This document shows positions 61,031 through 64,000 of a DNA stretch of 64,000 bases, one piece after another. Each line of letters opens with the position of its first letter. The stretch's first letter is position 1. Below the pieces are notes generated by a model that saw nothing but the letters and a program-made list of their open reading frames with translations, made no database searches and was not told the origin of the DNA. The position numbers and the translations under genes were made by a program. Where the stretch lies: positions 2,294,001 through 2,358,000 of the forward strand of contig JAMWBK010000006.1 in the NCBI GenBank assembly GCA_029953675.1, given 5' to 3'. Source of the DNA: Rhodosorus marinus CCMP1338 (taxonomy: Eukaryota; Plantae; Rhodophyta).

Positions 61031-62859
61031 TCAAATGTGCATGGTTTGCGGTAGCCGCGACTGTCTTTCTGGTTCTCTATACGGGAAGATCTCAATTGTT
61101 TTTGAGAACTTTCTTCCCGATGTTTCAGCCTGAGAGCGGAGCGGAGCGGAGGAAGGTCACAATCTGTAGTTAGTTCACGGTGTTATGAGGCACCCGGAAT
61201 CACTGATGGATTGTCCTACCAGCTCCAACTTGAGATAATAGCGAACTGAGAATTGGTTGTTGACGCAGTTGTATGTCCTGAAGCAGATCGTCAGGAATGC
61301 GAAGAAAAAGCGCCTGTTAGAACGTACGATAACTCGCGAGTTTGGCCTCAACGAGAAGGGAGCGGAAGTCATATATTTGTGTGGAAAGCATCCAGGAGGA
61401 GGGGCAAATTCAAACATCGTTGACGGCGGCCAAGTGCTAGGTTGCGATCAGAGGATAAATTAGGAAATTCCCTCTTCCTTATTCATCCTCTTGAACTGAT
61501 TCAGCAGCACTTACGGCGACAGACCCGGAAAGCTTCCAAAGTCTAAGTGTACGGGAACGCAGGTATGCAGAATCGGTTCCCAATCGAGAATCTGAACCGC
61601 AAAAAACCCACAGGGAGCCCTGAGCAGCGCTTCGACTTCGTATCCAAAGTACCGATTTTTGTTTCCTTTGACGAACCTGAACTCTTCCCATCTCGGTAGT
61701 TGTGTCGATCTGAATCTCCGCTCCCGAATCGGAGGCTTCCAATCGAATGACTTCAACGGTTACAGCGTTGATAGGCAGACCAACCTGGTGGTTTGTTTCA
61801 AAGGTGCAGAAGTTGAATGAGCAATCTCATCTTTCGCACTGAACGGTAACTGCTTCTTGGGCCAACCTTGACAAACTCTACTTGTCCCTGAACCAGTTCG
61901 TTCATTCCCATCCTCTGACTTGGCAATTGCAAACGAACATCGAGAAGGTCGTTGTAGCGCAGATCTAGTTATCGTGTTAAAGCACACCATCAGACTTATA
62001 TCCCAGCCACAAACGCACATTTCTCGTTTGAATTTTCCAGGAAGAGGATACCAAACTGTGCTAATTCATCCGCCCGCGTTCGCTCAGCATCATTCAGCTC
62101 ATGTTCGTGTTGGACTGCTACTTCAAAATCCCGCATGACCCCGGCCAGGGGTGGGTATCTGATCACATTGACTCGCAGGAAGTATCTCACTCTAACCTGG
62201 GTTGAGTTTAAACAAACGCTGATTCTTCAGAGGGTCACCCGTGAGTGAGCTCGCAAGATCCCTTCACAAAACGTGCGATGAACCTTACATGTTCGCTCTC
62301 GAACGTTTCATAATCTTTATCCACTTCAGCAAAGGTGAATGGCAAATCCTTTCTCCCCGCCACTACTCCAGAATTGTCCAGCACCCGCGTCATACTGAAG
62401 AACTCTTCTGGTGCGCATCTCTTCCTGCGCAACAACTCCGGAATCAGAGTCTCGACAAGGAACTAGTAGAGCAAGTTCATTGAACATCGTACGTAGCGGT
62501 CTCACCGCGCAACTCAATCGAAATCCGAGAGTACTTGAGACTGCCATTGACAAACACGGATACCTAAACGACGAGTCCTGCTGTCAATTCCAATTCGAAC
62601 TTGCGATTTCCGTTCTGTATGAACTACTCACTGTCCCAGAAACACTGTCGCTCGCTCCGTAGACCGCGACTTCCTCTGATCTACTCGAAGTTTTCAGCCG
62701 TCTCACTGAATGATCAAGGTCCTGGAAAAAGGGGGCAAAGCTTCAGCTAAACCAAAGCCATTCCCGCCCGGACACGGACAAATGTTAAAATCAACATACG
62801 GCACTCACCAAAACTATACGAGGATCATCCAATCCAACGAGCCCAGCCAGCACATCCAT
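61031..62859 (-). CDS. VPS26: Divergent VPS26 (retromer, arrestin-fold) family protein, about 9 exons
   Basis: Spliced segments DSVSGTVSVFV, EVDKDYETFESEHVRVRYFLRVNVIR, TYNCVNNQFSVRYYLKLEL and GRKFSKTIEIFPYR parallel the VPS26 motifs ESVSGKV, VEKPYESY...RLRYFLKV, VNKKFSVRYFLNL and RRYFKQQEI. Confidence 0.78.
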
Positions 62860-63681
62860 CGTAGCTTTACTAAATGCTCCATTGAACCTCACATTGACCA
62901 CCATAGCATGTTGAGATATGATATGATAGTTCCCCTCTATACCACACTCCAGGATTAGTATCCCTTCTACTTGGCACCACAGGTAAAAGCAAATCCGAGA
63001 ATCGATTGTTTTATTTCCAAAAACTTAATTTTGTCAGCATTCGAATAAAGCCCAATCCTCTCCACAACTTTATTGATTGATATACAATCAAAAAAATGAA
63101 TTTTGCACAACTTGGATTGACAATATGGGGCGAGCTGTTATGGATAGCTCGTGATGGGTGGTACGGTGAACCGATGGAGGAGCTTAAGCTGCTAGACTAC
63201 GCGACCTAGTAAGCGAACTATAGATTCTTGAAGTAGTTCTTAGTCCAAAAGCGCTTTCTGGAACAACCTCGTGCTGCCCCTAGACTGAGTTGTCGCAGTT
63301 GTCCCACCAGTAGCTGCACCCCTCCAGTGTATTCGTCGATCAGAGTACGGTCAGTCTCCCGAGCAGGCTGTCCGTATCTAATCGATCGCTTTGCTTCTTG
63401 AGATCTGGCACGCTACAAGGTTCCTCTGGATTGCCCCGCGTCATGACATTTTCTACCTCAACAGGAGGACAAACGGACAACCCTGCTATCCATTTTAGAA
63501 ACTTGGCGTGTTTGACAAAGGGGCTGCAGCTTCCATTCCAGCCAGAGTTCGCAAGACGGCGGCTCAATGAAAGACCAAGCGAAACAGGAAAGTGGCGAGG
63601 CTCGCAGGGAGTTCGCTAGTGTTGTAGTGTCCATTTCTGGAGAAAGGCGCTTCTGATCAAGGCGTTTCTCCGTGAGGAGGG

Positions 63682-64000
63682 ATGGAGAATTTGTGGCTCC
63701 GATGGCTGCCAGTGTTCTACATCTCCGGCTTTGCCTTGCCGTTTCTACTTTATGGAGGGCAGAGGGACGTGAGATGGTGGTCTAGTACTAACAAGTTTGC
63801 GACTGACGAGACGTTTCTGGATTCTGAAACTGTTAACGGATGGGGGGATGACAGCGGCAAGTTGGTCACGATAATCCAGGTACTGCTGAGTTTGTCTAGT
63901 TTGGTTCATCATTATCAGTCATATCTGGGTGACTTAGACGTCCTTGTCTTGCGACTCTTCATAACTTGGGCAGATAACGGATACGCACATGAACTTCTTT
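63682..64000 (+). CDS. 5' part of a putative membrane protein running off the right edge, probable intron 63769-63879
   Basis: The frame is open from ATG 63682 to the window end: MENLWLRWLPVFYISGFALPFLLYGG...VLLSLSSLVHHYQSYLGDLDVLVLRLF. GTGAG, TACTAAC and CAG intron signals are present. Confidence 0.45.
   Translation, partial: MENLWLRWLPVFYISGFALPFLLYGGQRDVRWWSSTNKFATDETFLDSETVNGWGDDSGKLVTIIQVLLSLSSLVHHYQSYLGDLDVLVLRLFITWADNGYAHELL

Overview
This is a eukaryotic, gene-dense nuclear window with about 26 protein-coding loci. Introns are mostly short (about 55-160 nt, up to 270 nt) and GT-AG, with CTRAY-type branch points. Several nuclear genes carry plastid transit peptides of the MAFV/GFVSG type, and a Tic110 homologue is present, so the source is most likely a red alga (inference; the species cannot be determined). 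Recognisable genes in order are RPL27A, an intronless processive GT2 glycosyltransferase, PIN4, PDCD2L, TIC110, ISCU, a 1325-aa ARID-Tudor-PHD-ARID protein with a DEQADA(V) tandem array, a type II membrane sulfotransferase-like protein, an RCC1-repeat protein, a compact XRN1-like exoribonuclease, VMA21, a plastid DUF151/UVR nuclease, a plastid TPR-like membrane protein, an atypical CKSC thioredoxin, a GYF_2 microprotein, GINS1/PSF1, PHYHD1, HSP110, CFDP1/SWC5, a TIS11-like tandem CCCH protein, a polyPro-CBM48-CaaX protein, a 4-TM protein, a divergent VPS26 and a partial membrane-protein gene at the right edge. I found no CRISPR array, rRNA, tRNA or intact transposon. The top leads are a 151-nt pre-miRNA-like foldback at 6579-6729, a possibly lipid-anchored starch-binding CBM48 adaptor with a frame-determining 14-nt microexon, a bacterial-type GT2 and an orphan sulfotransferase as cell-wall candidates, and an XRN1 with no room for its C-terminal domains. 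All exon models were assembled by eye and are untested.
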